The notes under the pieces were generated by a model, which was given only the letters and a program-made list of their open reading frames with translations, ran no database searches and was not told where the DNA came from. The position numbers and the translations under genes were made by a program. Source: Methylophilaceae bacterium (GTDB lineage: Bacteria > Pseudomonadota > Gammaproteobacteria > Burkholderiales > Methylophilaceae). Taken from it: a stretch of DNA of 64,000 nt. This document shows, piece after piece, positions 21,724 to 32,047 of the stretch (its first letter is position 1; each line of letters opens with the position of its first letter). The stretch is taken from contig JAABQZ010000001.1 of NCBI GenBank assembly GCA_011391175.1, forward strand, positions 5,915 to 69,914, read 5' to 3'.

Positions 21724-22473
21724 TTAGGAGTTAGCCAATTGTTCACTGGTCCTGCCAAAGCGACGCTCGCGCTGTTGGTAAGACTGGATGGCTAATTGAA
21801 AAGCTTTGTCATCAAAATCTGGCCAAAGTGTGTCAGTAAAGTAAAACTCAGTATAAGCCAGCTGCCACAACAAAAAGTTACTTACACGTTTTTCGCCACC
21901 AGTGCGAATGAATAGGTCAGGCTCTACCGCATAGTGCATGGCTAAATACGGCGCCAAATCCTCTTCGGTAAAATTAGTTTTATTGGAGTTGTTGCCGACC
22001 ATTTGATTGGTGGCATTTAAAATATCCCATCGCCCGCCATAATTTGCAGCAATAGTTAGGGTTAAACCAGTATTATTTGCGGTTAATTGTTCTGCAGCTT
22101 GTATTTGTGCCACTAATTCGGCATTAAACTTACTCTGATCACCAATTAAAATCAGACGAATATTATTTTCATGTAACTTAGTGACTTCACGCCTAAGTGC
22201 GTCCATAAACAAACCCATCAAAAACGACACCTCATCTTCAGGACGGCGCCAATTTTCACTACTGAAGGCAAATAAGGTCAGATACTTTACGTTAAGTTTT
22301 GCGCATTGCTTGACTAAATCGCGCACCGTTTCTACACCGCGCTTATGACCTGCTACACGAGGTAAAAAACGCTTTCTCGCCCAACGGCCATTGCCATCCA
22401 TAATCACAGCAATGTGATTTGGAATTTCCCCTGAAATTGGAATGGTTTGCGTAGAGCTGGAAAATAAACCCAC
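21724..22473 (-). CDS. uppS: Undecaprenyl diphosphate synthase
   Basis: HIAVIMDGNGRWA, FSSENWRRP, RTGGEKRVSNFLLWQ. Confidence 0.97.
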   Translation of the reverse strand: MGLFSSSTQTIPISGEIPNHIAVIMDGNGRWARKRFLPRVAGHKRGVETVRDLVKQCAKLNVKYLTLFAFSSENWRRPEDEVSFLMGLFMDALRREVTKLHENNIRLILIGDQSKFNAELVAQIQAAEQLTANNTGLTLTIAANYGGRWDILNATNQMVGNNSNKTNFTEEDLAPYLAMHYAVEPDLFIRTGGEKRVSNFLLWQLAYTEFYFTDTLWPDFDDKAFQLAIQSYQQRERRFGRTSEQLANS

Positions 22474-22506
22474 TAATGTTTACCTAAATTAAGTTAGCCT
22501 AGTTAA

Positions 22507-23064
22507 TCAAACAGCCATCAAATCAGTTTCTTTGGCTGCGAGCAACCTGTCTACCTCTAGTACTGCTTTATCGGTAAGTTTTTGTACCTCATCTTGCGTA
22601 CGGCGCTCGTCATCTTCACTAATTTCTTTATCTTTAAGTAATCTTTTCAGAGTGTCATTGGCGTCGCGTCGCACGTTCCTAATCGCCACTTTGGCACCTT
22701 CTGCTTCACCACGTACGATTTTAGTTAAATCGCGTCGCCTCTCTTCTGTCAGCATAGGCATTGGCACGCGCACAAGGTCGCCATTCGTAGCAGGGTTTAA
22801 GCCTAAATCGCAATCGCGAATGGCTTTTTCCACCTTGCCTATCATATTTTTTTCGTAAGGCTGTACGTGTATAGTGCGCGCATCGCCCAAATTCACATTG
22901 GCCACTTGATTAACTGCCACCATGCTACCGTAATACTCCACCATCACATGGTCTAGCAAGCCAGTATGAGCGCGGCCTGTACGCACTTTGGCTAAATCGT
23001 TTTTTAAGGCTTCTAGCGATTTTTGCATCTTGCTATCAGCAGTTTTTTTAATATCATCTAACAT
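22507..23064 (-). CDS. frr: Ribosome recycling factor
   Basis: RTGRAH, LGLNP, LTEERR, IRNVRRD; ATG at 23064 with GGAG SD. Confidence 0.97.
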   Translation of the reverse strand: MLDDIKKTADSKMQKSLEALKNDLAKVRTGRAHTGLLDHVMVEYYGSMVAVNQVANVNLGDARTIHVQPYEKNMIGKVEKAIRDCDLGLNPATNGDLVRVPMPMLTEERRRDLTKIVRGEAEGAKVAIRNVRRDANDTLKRLLKDKEISEDDERRTQDEVQKLTDKAVLEVDRLLAAKETDLMAV

Positions 23065-23127
23065 GTAACTCTCCAACTAAATACGCTCACTAAACTTTTT
23101 CAAAATACTTAGGTTACGAATTGGCTA

Positions 23128-23844
23128 CTATCCAGCCACTACGCGTGTACCTTCTTTTTCACCCATCACCACACGCTTGAGTGCGCCAGCTTTAAAAATA
23201 TTAAATACGGCAATCGGTAGTTTTTGGTCACGACACAAGGTAAACGCGGTTGCATCCATCACTTTTAAGTCTTTATGAATCGCTTCATCAAAAGTGACTG
23301 TGTCATATTTAGTTGCTTCAGGGTCTTTTTTAGGGTCTGCCGTATAAATACCATCTACTTTGGTGGCTTTGAGTACTATTTCCGCGTCTATTTCCATTCC
23401 GCGCAAAGCTGCTGCAGTATCTGTTGTAAAGAAAGGGTTGCCAGTGCCTGCACCAAATATAACTACACGCCCTTTTTCTAGCGCACGCAAGGCTTTTGCC
23501 CGCACATAAGGTTCAACAAACTCGATACCCAGCGCGCTTTGTACACGTGCTTCAACGCCCACATGGCGCATCGCGTCTTGCAGTGCCAAGGCGTTCATCA
23601 CGGTTGCCAGCATGCCCATGTAATCGGCAGTGGCTCTATCCATACCCGATGCTGCAGGCGCCACGCCACGAAAAATATTGCCACCACCAATGACAATGCC
23701 TACTTCAACACCTAACTCAACGATATCTTTCACTTGCGCTACGATGTCCGTAATCGTTGCACGGTTAATGCCATAGGCGTCATCGCCCATCAGTGCTTCG
23801 CCTGAAAGTTTAAGTAAGATGCGTTTAAATGCAGGTTTTGCCAT
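23128..23844 (-). CDS. pyrH: UMP kinase
   Basis: [24 protein letters not shown]. Confidence 0.97.
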   Translation of the reverse strand: MAKPAFKRILLKLSGEALMGDDAYGINRATITDIVAQVKDIVELGVEVGIVIGGGNIFRGVAPAASGMDRATADYMGMLATVMNALALQDAMRHVGVEARVQSALGIEFVEPYVRAKALRALEKGRVVIFGAGTGNPFFTTDTAAALRGMEIDAEIVLKATKVDGIYTADPKKDPEATKYDTVTFDEAIHKDLKVMDATAFTLCRDQKLPIAVFNIFKAGALKRVVMGEKEGTRVVAG

Positions 23845-23933
23845 GCGTTTCCCAGTAATTTTAAGTTTGCTTATTTAATCACAAACTTGGCGTGTTTGCT
23901 CGGTTTTTAAGGCAAATTATAGAAGTCCTGACG

Positions 23934-23963
23934 AAAAAAAAGTGGACACGAAGTCCACTTTTT
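23934..23963 (-). terminator. Terminator after tsf
   Basis: AAAAAAAAGTGGAC-ACGAA-GTCCACTTTTT. Confidence 0.85.
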
Positions 23964-23975
23964 CATTAGATAAGA

Positions 23976-24851
23976 CTATACCTTAGCGGCTGCCGCTACC
24001 TCTGCAGCATAATCCACTACCGCTTTTTCAATGCCCTCACCTACTGTGTACATAGTGAAAGAAGCAACTGATGCGCCTTTAGATTTTAATAATGATTCAA
24101 TGGTAAATTTGTCATCTTTAACAAACACCTGACTGAGCAAAGTCACTTCCTTTAAAAATTTTTGCACAGTACCATCCGCAATTTTTTCTAACATTGTTTC
24201 TGGCTTGCCCGCTTCTTTGGCTTTCTCAATCGCCACACGACGTTCAGCTTCAATTAAATCTTGTGAAATCCCGCTCGCGTCGAGTGATTTTGGTTTTGCC
24301 GCCGCAATGTGCATAGCAATATCTTTGGCTAATGTGTCATCACCGCCAACCAAATCCACCAATACGCCAATTTTGCTACCATGAACATAACTAGCCAATT
24401 TGCCAGCTGCATTAATTTTTACGAATCGACGTGGGGTAATGTTTTCGCCAATTTTACCTACCAACTGTGCACGGGTTTCTTCAACGGTTGCACCACGCAT
24501 GGCTAGTGCGCCAACTGCAGTAATATCTGCTGCATTGTTTGCTGCAACAATACCTGCCAACTCACTGGTAAACGCTAGAAAGTCTTCATTTTTTGCGCAG
24601 AAGTCAGTTTCGCTATTCACTTCAATCATTGCGCCAGATTTGCCATCCGCCGCAATTGAAACACCCACGGTGCCTTCTGCAGCCACGCGCCCTGCGGCCT
24701 TGCTGGCTTTGTTGCCAAAGCGTACACGCAAAATTTCTTCTGCACGCGTCATGTCGCCTTCAGCTTCTGTGAGTGCTTTTTTACAATCCATCATTGGCGC
24801 ATCGGTGCGCTCACGTAATTCTTTTACCATGCTTGCGGTAATTTCAGCCAT
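23976..24851 (-). CDS. tsf: Elongation factor Ts
   Basis: [24 protein letters not shown]. Confidence 0.98.
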   Translation of the reverse strand: MAEITASMVKELRERTDAPMMDCKKALTEAEGDMTRAEEILRVRFGNKASKAAGRVAAEGTVGVSIAADGKSGAMIEVNSETDFCAKNEDFLAFTSELAGIVAANNAADITAVGALAMRGATVEETRAQLVGKIGENITPRRFVKINAAGKLASYVHGSKIGVLVDLVGGDDTLAKDIAMHIAAAKPKSLDASGISQDLIEAERRVAIEKAKEAGKPETMLEKIADGTVQKFLKEVTLLSQVFVKDDKFTIESLLKSKGASVASFTMYTVGEGIEKAVVDYAAEVAAAAKV

Positions 24852-24897
24852 GTCTTTAGCTCCTAATAGGTATATTTAACGTATATTTTTTAAATAG

Positions 24898-24921
24898 AAA
24901 AAGGGGCTATACGCCCCTTTT
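24898..24921 (-). terminator. Intergenic rpsB-tsf attenuator/terminator
   Basis: AAAAAGGGGC-TATAC-GCCCCTTTT. Confidence 0.75.
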
Positions 24922-24933
24922 CAATTGAAACTA

Positions 24934-25686
24934 TTATTCAGCTGCAACTTCTTCGGCCGCAACTTCTACTGTTTCTTCTTTAGCAGATTTTACCAGTTCA
25001 GTAATCGCATTAGCGCGACCATCTAACACCGCATCGGCCATACCGCGTGCATACAAACGTATCGCACGTGAAGAGTCGTCGTTGCCTGGAATCACATAAG
25101 CTACGCCGTCTGGTGAGTTATTAGTATCCACGATACCAATCACTGGAATGCCTAATTTAGCTGCTTCAGTAATCGCACCGCTTTCGTGGCCCACATCGAT
25201 AATGAATATCGCATCTGGCAAGCCACCCATTTCTTTAATACCGCCGATTGAACGCTCTAATTTTTCGATTTCACGCTTGTAACCGAGCGCTTCTTTTTTA
25301 CCAAATTTCTCTAAGCTACCATCTAACAACATGGCATCAAAGTCGTGCAGACGTTTAATCGATTGTTTAACCGTTTTAAAGTTAGTTAGCATACCGCCCA
25401 ACCAACGATGGTTAACGTAGGCACAACCTGCACGCACGGCTTCTTCTTTGATGATGTCGCGGGCTTGACGCTTAGTGCCCACGAATAGAATACGGCCCTT
25501 GTTGGCTGCCAATGTGCGTGTATATTTCATCGCATCTTCAAACAATGGCAAGGTTTTTTCAAGGTTTACAATATGAATTTTGTTACGATCACCAAAAATG
25601 TACTCTGCCATTTTCGGGTTCCAATAACGGGTTTGATGGCCAAAGTGAACACCGGCCTCTAGCATTTGACGCATAGTTACTGACAT
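24934..25686 (-). CDS. rpsB: 30S ribosomal protein S2
   Basis: [25 protein letters not shown]. Confidence 0.98.
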   Translation of the reverse strand: MSVTMRQMLEAGVHFGHQTRYWNPKMAEYIFGDRNKIHIVNLEKTLPLFEDAMKYTRTLAANKGRILFVGTKRQARDIIKEEAVRAGCAYVNHRWLGGMLTNFKTVKQSIKRLHDFDAMLLDGSLEKFGKKEALGYKREIEKLERSIGGIKEMGGLPDAIFIIDVGHESGAITEAAKLGIPVIGIVDTNNSPDGVAYVIPGNDDSSRAIRLYARGMADAVLDGRANAITELVKSAKEETVEVAAEEVAAE

Positions 25687-25781
25687 AATGACTCCATGTA
25701 AGGGTTAAACATTACATTCATCCACAATATTTGCTGCTTAATTATTTTAAAAGCCACAAACACCCTGTACGGGATGATGCA
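25687..25781 (-). ncRNA. rpsB 5' leader (t44/S2 autoregulatory RNA)
   Basis: Minus strand stem CAUCAUCC.../...GGAUGAAUG with internal GGGUG and downstream UAACCC, similar to the proteobacterial S2 leader. An extended -10 TGTTATCAT with GC-rich discriminator lies at ~25805-25819. Confidence 0.6.
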
Positions 25782-25915
25782 TTTATTTTCTGCAAAATTG
25801 CAGAGGCCGCATGATAACACTAACTGTTTGACTTTACTAGCTTAAAAGTAGTTATTTGACATAGCTCAGTACATCATTAGGCGGCTTTTTAGCTATTTTT
25901 TGCACGCGAAGGTGA

Positions 25916-25954
25916 CTAGCCTATAGGCCGCATGGATACTACCTCCCAAGACAT
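25916..25954 (-). repeat. Degenerate copy of the 14-11-14 element
   Basis: Plus strand CTAGCCTATAGGCC-GCATGGATACT-ACCTCCCAAGACAT; spacer and one arm match, other arm about 8/14. Confidence 0.55.
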
Positions 25955-26038
25955 TTTTATTTTTTATAATGTATTTTTTGAATAATGACTCAAAAAAATC
26001 ATTCAAATATTTAGGTATTTTATGCTATCTTAAAAAAT

Positions 26039-26362
26039 ATGTTTAAACGGCTTTCCATACATATTGCGTTAGTTTTCTTGTTTGCGTTTGCGCAAATAGG
26101 CGCTGTTACGCATGAAATTAGCCATGTTGAAGATAGTATCAAGCATAGCCAGCAAGCCCCTAGTAAGCAAGACCAAAGCACCCACAGCGAACAATGTGAA
26201 CAATGTATTAGTTTTGCCAAAATTGCGGGCGGCTTGGTCACCCAATGCCTTACACTACCTACTTTGCAAGCCAGTTTTATTACTTGCACACCACTTTCAA
26301 CCCAACCTTCATCTCAACTCCACACTGCTTACGCAGCGCGCGCGCCGCCTTCTCTCAGTTAA
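26039..26362 (+). CDS. DUF2946/CruR-like regulatory leader protein (N-terminal hydrophobic segment, His residues, CxxC, C-terminal RAPP)
   Basis: MFKRLSIHIALVFLFAFAQIGAVTHEISH...CEQC...YAARAPPSLS directly upstream of a TonB receptor. Confidence 0.82.
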   Translation: MFKRLSIHIALVFLFAFAQIGAVTHEISHVEDSIKHSQQAPSKQDQSTHSEQCEQCISFAKIAGGLVTQCLTLPTLQASFITCTPLSTQPSSQLHTAYAARAPPSLS

Positions 26363-26373
26363 ATATTAATTTC

Positions 26374-26412
26374 CCAGCGACGATTTAATCCGCTGGTACT
26401 TTCTATTTTCTT
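26374..26412 (+). promoter_or_regulatory. Hairpin plus U-rich tract between the leader ORF and the receptor SD
   Basis: CCAGCG-ACGATTTAATC-CGCTGG followed by TACTTTCTATTTTCTT, then GAGGA. Confidence 0.5.
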
Positions 26413-26423
26413 GAGGATTTATC

Positions 26424-28436
26424 ATGTATTTACCAAAAAAAATGGTTGCACTAGCCATCAGTAGTTTATTTATTGATAGCGCGTTTGCAGCGGAAAATAT
26501 CGATTTAGCTCCAGTTGCAGTAACAGGCAATCCGTTAGGCGTTGGCTCTGACGAACTGGTGGTACCTGTTTCTGTGCTCAATGGTCGTGAGTTAAGCCTG
26601 CGCCGAGAAAGCACATTAGGTGAAACGCTAAACGGCATGCCAGGTGTAACTGCCACCCAATTCGGGCCAAATGCATCACGCCCAGTGATTCGTGGACTAG
26701 ATGCAGAGCGCGTGAAAATTATGCAAAATGGCATCGGCATTTTAGACGCGTCTAGCTTAAGTTTTGACCATGCGGTGGGCGTAGACCCACTGATTATTGA
26801 GCAGATTGACGTGGTACGCGGCCCAGCCGCGTTGCTGTACGGCGGTAGCGCAATGGGTGGCGTGGTGAATGCAATTGACCACCGCATCCCCACTGAGAAA
26901 TTGGATGGTATTATTGGTCGTGCCGAAACTAGATTTGGCGGCGCAGATAGCACGCGGAATGCGGCGGCAGTGATTGATATTGGCAATGGTTTATTTGCCA
27001 TTCATGGAGATGTGTACAACCGCAAAAGTAGCGATCTAGATATTCCTGGTTTTGCTGTAAGCCGTCGCAAAAATGAGGCCGATGGCACGCCTCGCGAAAA
27101 TAAAGGCAAGTTAGTCAATAGTAGCGCTGAAGCTGACGGTGGCGCCTTGGGGGCATCGCTCACCTTTGATAAAGGTTATATCGGCTTGTCGTACTCTGTA
27201 TTAGATAGCAACTATGGCGTAGTGGCTGAAGAGGATGTCCGAATCGATATGAGCAGTGAACGATGGGAATTGGCTAGCGAATTCAAGGATTTGGGGAACA
27301 TAGTAAACCGAGTGAAATTTCGCATGGCGCACACTGATTACGAGCACAAAGAGCTTGAAGGCATTGAAGTAGGTACAACCTTTACCAACCGTGGTTTAGA
27401 GGGCAGTTTGGAGCTTGGTCACAGTAACATCGGACCAGTGCAAGGCGTATTGGGCTACCAATTCAGCAATACCAATTTTGCTGCGCTTGGTGATGAGGCT
27501 TTTGTACCTAGCGTGAACACACAAAATAAAGCGCTATATTTGTATGAAGAATTGCCGCTAGGCAATGGCGAGCTCAAGCACAAAATTACTTTTGGTGGCC
27601 GTTTAGGGCACACCACAGTAGACTCTAAATCAAGCCCAGTGTTTGGCGCAGCACAAAATAACAGCTTCAATCCCAACAGCTTTGCGCTGGGCGGTTTATA
27701 CAACATCAATCAAAACTGGTCACTCACCAGCAATCTATCGCACAATGAGCGTGCGCCTAGCTATTTTGAACTGTATGCCAACGGTGCGCATATTGCGACA
27801 GGCCAATTTGAGGTTGGCAACAGTAATTTTGATAAAGAAAAATCCAATGGCATCGACGCACAAATACGCTGGAAAGATGCCGATAATTCGTTTAGCTTAG
27901 GGGCGTATTACACGCGCTTTAGCAATTTTATTGGCTTATTTGATACAGGGACTATTGATGCAGGTTCTGGCTTACCCATTGCGCAATTTAGCGCAGTACC
28001 CGCCTCATTTAAAGGCTTAGAAGCTGAAGGCAAGTTTAATATTGCTAGCAATTGGGATTTAAGTGTGCGCGGTGATTATGTGCATGCCAAAGATACGCGA
28101 AATAACGATAACCTGCCGCGCATTTCTCCACTAAGGCTGGGAGCTGGCTTGCAGTATGCAAAAGGCGCTTTTAGTGCAAAATTAGATGTGTTGCGTGCCT
28201 TTAAACAAAACAACACTGCAGATAATGAACTGGCTACCGACGGCTACACTAACGTCAGTGCAATCATGGCTTATAAATTAGGCGGTTTAATTAATACTGG
28301 AAAACTCAATATAGAACTATTCGCCAAAGCCAATAACTTGCTAGATGACGAAATTCGCGAGCATGCTTCTTTCTTAAACGATATTGCACCAGCAGGTGAG
28401 AGGTCAGTATTGATTGGTGCCCGCGCCGATTTTTAA
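26424..28436 (+). CDS. TonB-dependent outer membrane receptor, ZnuD-like metal-uptake type
   Basis: Signal peptide; plug motifs STLGETL..PGV, FGPNASRPVIRGL, DHAV, VVRGPAALLYG; HNERAP..ELYANGAHIAT; C-terminal Phe. Confidence 0.9.
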   Translation: MYLPKKMVALAISSLFIDSAFAAENIDLAPVAVTGNPLGVGSDELVVPVSVLNGRELSLRRESTLGETLNGMPGVTATQFGPNASRPVIRGLDAERVKIMQNGIGILDASSLSFDHAVGVDPLIIEQIDVVRGPAALLYGGSAMGGVVNAIDHRIPTEKLDGIIGRAETRFGGADSTRNAAAVIDIGNGLFAIHGDVYNRKSSDLDIPGFAVSRRKNEADGTPRENKGKLVNSSAEADGGALGASLTFDKGYIGLSYSVLDSNYGVVAEEDVRIDMSSERWELASEFKDLGNIVNRVKFRMAHTDYEHKELEGIEVGTTFTNRGLEGSLELGHSNIGPVQGVLGYQFSNTNFAALGDEAFVPSVNTQNKALYLYEELPLGNGELKHKITFGGRLGHTTVDSKSSPVFGAAQNNSFNPNSFALGGLYNINQNWSLTSNLSHNERAPSYFELYANGAHIATGQFEVGNSNFDKEKSNGIDAQIRWKDADNSFSLGAYYTRFSNFIGLFDTGTIDAGSGLPIAQFSAVPASFKGLEAEGKFNIASNWDLSVRGDYVHAKDTRNNDNLPRISPLRLGAGLQYAKGAFSAKLDVLRAFKQNNTADNELATDGYTNVSAIMAYKLGGLINTGKLNIELFAKANNLLDDEIREHASFLNDIAPAGERSVLIGARADF

Positions 28437-28458
28437 TCAGTATCCATAGCGATTCAAT

Positions 28459-28497
28459 ATGCCCTGTAGGCCTCATGAATATTGGCTTACAGGGCAT
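28459..28497 (-). repeat. Dispersed 39-bp 14-11-14 quasi-palindrome, full copy
   Basis: Minus strand ATGCCCTGTAAGCC-AATATTCATGA-GGCCTACAGGGCAT. Confidence 0.85.
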
Positions 28498-28768
28498 GTG
28501 CTTTATTACTTATGAATATTTTTGCTAATTCATCTACTATCACTCATCTGCTTGAAGTGGTGAAGTGATTTTTTATCAACTTAGTAGCTGTGTTTGCCGG
28601 TGACAAAAAAGCACTTTTCACTTTAGCCTCTTTGGACTATAGGTGCTAAATAAAATTTAGTATACGATTTTCACTATAAACACTATTGTTTAAGTTTTTG
28701 AGTTTAGCCAGCTTCATTGGTGCTACTGACGCAATAAAAAATAAATTTGAAGCCACTTTGAGCAAATA

Positions 28769-29836
28769 ATGACAGCAAACGATTCCCTAGCAATAAAAAT
28801 ATGTAGAGTAATGTGCATTTTTTTCGTAATGTATGTTCACGTTAATCCTAGTAATGATATTTGGTTAGAAAAAGTTCCTAGCAATCTATCCTACATACAA
28901 CATATCGGGGATATCTTGCTGAATGTGCTAGGTCGTGCCAGCGTACCTGCATTGAGTGTATTGGGAGGCTACCTTGCAGTTTCTGCCTATAATCGCAGGT
29001 CAAATTGGTGGAAATATGTCAAGGAAAGATGGCAAACCATCGTGATTCCAATGATTACCTGGAACATCATCCTTATTATTTTATCTATACTTATATTCGC
29101 CACGATAGGAGCCTCAACTGATGTTGTAAGAAAAATGAGCCCTTTTCAACATATGTCCCCGTTAGTTCTTGCGGATTTGATAACCTCTTACAACAACGGC
29201 TCGGCTACTATAGCACTCAATTTTCTACGAGATATTTTTGTCTGCTCACTCATGTTTCCCTTAATAAATCAATTGGTGAAACGATTTGATGTTGCTGGAG
29301 TAGGTATTATTTGGCTTGTAGGGCTAACTGTAACTTTTTCCCCAATCGTCTTGAAGGCAAATATTCTAATGTTTTTTACTGCAGGGGTTTATTTTGCATT
29401 GCACTCTACAAGACTCATCCCTTCACCTCGGGTAGCGCTTAAACTAATCGCAACTTTGTTGATTGTATTTGGCTTGGTTTATTTTTTACCTGCGTTATCG
29501 GCCTATGCAGGTAAAGTCCCCAACACCATCTTTCGCGTATTAGTTACGACTGCATTTTTAATGGCATCAATCACTTTAAGTCGAATAAATGCTGGGAAGC
29601 TTTTAGCACGTTTAGAGCCAATGACTTACTTACTGTTTCTTTCACACACTACGATTTTTCTGGTGTTGTGGGGTGTCTGGCAAAGGCTATTTGGAAATGA
29701 GATGACTTGGCCATACCCACTATTTTTTATTATCGCGCCTATCATCGCGGTATTTATCGTGTATTGGCTGTACAAATTAGTTGCTTTAACACCAGTCATG
29801 ACACAGAAAATTCTTGCTGGTAAGAAAACAACCTAA
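28769..29836 (+). CDS. Acyltransferase-3 family membrane protein
   Basis: R..CIFFVMYVH N-terminal motif, RASVP..S..GGYL, LNFLRD, about 10 TM segments. Confidence 0.8.
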   Translation: MTANDSLAIKICRVMCIFFVMYVHVNPSNDIWLEKVPSNLSYIQHIGDILLNVLGRASVPALSVLGGYLAVSAYNRRSNWWKYVKERWQTIVIPMITWNIILIILSILIFATIGASTDVVRKMSPFQHMSPLVLADLITSYNNGSATIALNFLRDIFVCSLMFPLINQLVKRFDVAGVGIIWLVGLTVTFSPIVLKANILMFFTAGVYFALHSTRLIPSPRVALKLIATLLIVFGLVYFLPALSAYAGKVPNTIFRVLVTTAFLMASITLSRINAGKLLARLEPMTYLLFLSHTTIFLVLWGVWQRLFGNEMTWPYPLFFIIAPIIAVFIVYWLYKLVALTPVMTQKILAGKKTT

Positions 29837-29868
29837 TAATACTGAATAGCCAGCTTTAATTAAATCGT

Positions 29869-31017
29869 TTAGCCAACAATGTAAGTGATAATCATGGGCT
29901 GGGAATCTTGGTCGGCATATAGCGCACGAATTGACTCTACAAACTGTGCACTGGGCGGCGTAACGCAATCTAGATACACTTTGTAAAGCCCGCCATAGCC
30001 CATTTCGTTATAGCGCGCCAACATTTCCACTTCAGTTTTGCCTTCTGGTATACCTAAATGCAGTGTTGGCTTACTACCTTCAACACCAAACACAGGGGTA
30101 TCCCACAAAAACTGTGCAGCGCCTGTGTTTGGCAACTTCATATAAAAATATTTAAAATTATCATGTGTGTCCAAAAAGCCTCTGCGGCGGCGCTTCCACT
30201 CAATCAGGCCATGCCCAGGCTTGGCCAAGCTAACGCCATAATCACAGTAGTCATAACCATTTTCAATAGCGGTTTCTAGCGCCAAATGCAGATTAATCGA
30301 ATTCACCTCGCCCCAGCGTTTGTAGTCAGTAAATACACTACTTGGATAACCTAGTCGATTCACATGCCAATAGCGTTTGCCTTTGCGTGTGTATGGGTTG
30401 CCAAGGTGACAACCCACCTCTTCATCGCCCTGTAGCAGAACATCTAGTCTACCATGCGAATTTTGAGCGAATTTCTGCACCATCCCCGGCTCTAGTTGTG
30501 CTGCACCAACATCATGTCGTGCCGTAGCATAAGGCTTAAGCATTGTGTTTTCAATGGAATCAATTTTGTCAATGCTATCAACGGCTTGATAACGATAGTT
30601 AGGTCGCTCCGAATTAATTGAACGACGCAAGCTTTTGGAGTATGTAGCGACAATATCCTCAATTGACCGCCCTAGTTTAACAATAGTAATTAATGCAAAA
30701 GGAATACAAATCGCATCGCGCATCGGGTGCTCTGTCACATAAACTTTAGGGCCGCTAGGGATGTTTGGAGATGAGATGGTTGAGTCTGCACCTAGCAAAG
30801 CCATCAATACAGGCTTATTTTCTGGCCGTCCTTTGTAATGCACGGTGGTTAAATTAGCTTCATTGAGTGGAAATGAAAAATGCTGCCATTTGATACAATT
30901 TAAACTGGCGATGAAATGTTTGAGTTGGCCTTTTTTTTGCCTAATTTCAAACCTAAGTGAAGGTGAGACGCAGTTTTTTAATACAGATATGAGTCGACTA
31001 ATCCCCTGTTCCTGCAT
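29869..31017 (-). CDS. Hypothetical protein with FemAB/GNAT-like fold
   Basis: L..SIEDIVATYSKSLRRSI and AIENGYDYCDYG.S....GLIEWKRR segments resemble FemABX/Acetyltransf_6 proteins. Confidence 0.6.
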   Translation of the reverse strand: MQEQGISRLISVLKNCVSPSLRFEIRQKKGQLKHFIASLNCIKWQHFSFPLNEANLTTVHYKGRPENKPVLMALLGADSTISSPNIPSGPKVYVTEHPMRDAICIPFALITIVKLGRSIEDIVATYSKSLRRSINSERPNYRYQAVDSIDKIDSIENTMLKPYATARHDVGAAQLEPGMVQKFAQNSHGRLDVLLQGDEEVGCHLGNPYTRKGKRYWHVNRLGYPSSVFTDYKRWGEVNSINLHLALETAIENGYDYCDYGVSLAKPGHGLIEWKRRRRGFLDTHDNFKYFYMKLPNTGAAQFLWDTPVFGVEGSKPTLHLGIPEGKTEVEMLARYNEMGYGGLYKVYLDCVTPPSAQFVESIRALYADQDSQPMIITYIVG

Positions 31018-31242
31018 AATAAACCCTTAGCTAATTTATTGTTATTATTGAATTTTAGAAGTATGACTGCGAGATGAAACCTTTCGCAGACTCAGTATTA
31101 ATATAATTAGCTAGATTATAAATGAATCTAAGGGAAATCTTTGTAAAAAGCGCATCCAGCTTGCGTAAACTGCGTTATCGCTAGCATTAGCTATGTTAAA
31201 ATCAGTTATTCATTTAAGCATCTATCATAAGTACTTATCACC

Positions 31243-32040
31243 ATGACGATTACCATCAACAACGCTGAAGATATTGCTGCTATGCGCATCGCAGGAAAGC
31301 TAGCTTCCGAGGTGCTTGATTACATTACGCCATTTGTGGTGCATGGGGTTACCACAGAAAAGCTTGACCAACTGTGCCACGATTATATTGTGGATGTGCA
31401 AAAAGCGATTCCAGCGCCTTTAAATTACGCGCCAGATGGTCACACGCCCTACCCTAAATCTATTTGCACCTCTGTCAACCATCAAATTTGCCATGGTGTG
31501 CCAGGTGATAAAGTGTTAAAAAATGGCGACATTGTGAATATTGATATCACCGTGATTAAAAATGGTTACCACGGCGATACATCACGCATGTTCATGGTGG
31601 GTGAAGTGTCGATTCAAGCTAAAAGGCTATGTGAACTGACTTACCAAGCCATGTGGATAGGTATCCAGAAAGTAAAGCCAGATGCTACCTTGGGTGATAT
31701 TGGCCATGCCATTCAAAGCTTTGCCGAGAAAAATGGTTATAGTGTGGTGCGTGAATTTTGCGGTCATGGCATAGGTAAAAAATTTCACGAGGAACCGCAA
31801 GTTCTGCACTATGGCCGCCCTGGCACGGGCTTAAAGCTCAAAGCTGGCATGATGTTTACTATCGAGCCGATGATTAACGCAGGCAAGCGTGATATTAAAC
31901 AAATGCCAGATGGCTGGACCATCGTGACCAAAGACCGCAGTTTGTCGGCACAGTGGGAGCATACGATTTTAGTGACTGATACTGGTTTTGAGGTGATGAC
32001 ACTCTCTGCGGGGTCGCCTGCAACGCCTGTGCTCGCCTAA
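31243..32040 (+). CDS. map: Methionine aminopeptidase type I
   Basis: ICHGVP, DITV, GYHGDTS, CGHGIG..FHEEP, FTIEPM, QWEHT. Confidence 0.97.
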   Translation: MTITINNAEDIAAMRIAGKLASEVLDYITPFVVHGVTTEKLDQLCHDYIVDVQKAIPAPLNYAPDGHTPYPKSICTSVNHQICHGVPGDKVLKNGDIVNIDITVIKNGYHGDTSRMFMVGEVSIQAKRLCELTYQAMWIGIQKVKPDATLGDIGHAIQSFAEKNGYSVVREFCGHGIGKKFHEEPQVLHYGRPGTGLKLKAGMMFTIEPMINAGKRDIKQMPDGWTIVTKDRSLSAQWEHTILVTDTGFEVMTLSAGSPATPVLA

Positions 32041-32047
32041 TCTTTTA

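Noticed and set aside
31066-31180. Hairpin CTGCGAGA...TTTCGCAG and a GCATCC...CGTT ECF-like promoter upstream of map
   Set aside because: The hairpin matches no riboswitch I recognise, and the promoter spacing and -10 differ from the 48440 motif; support is too weak.
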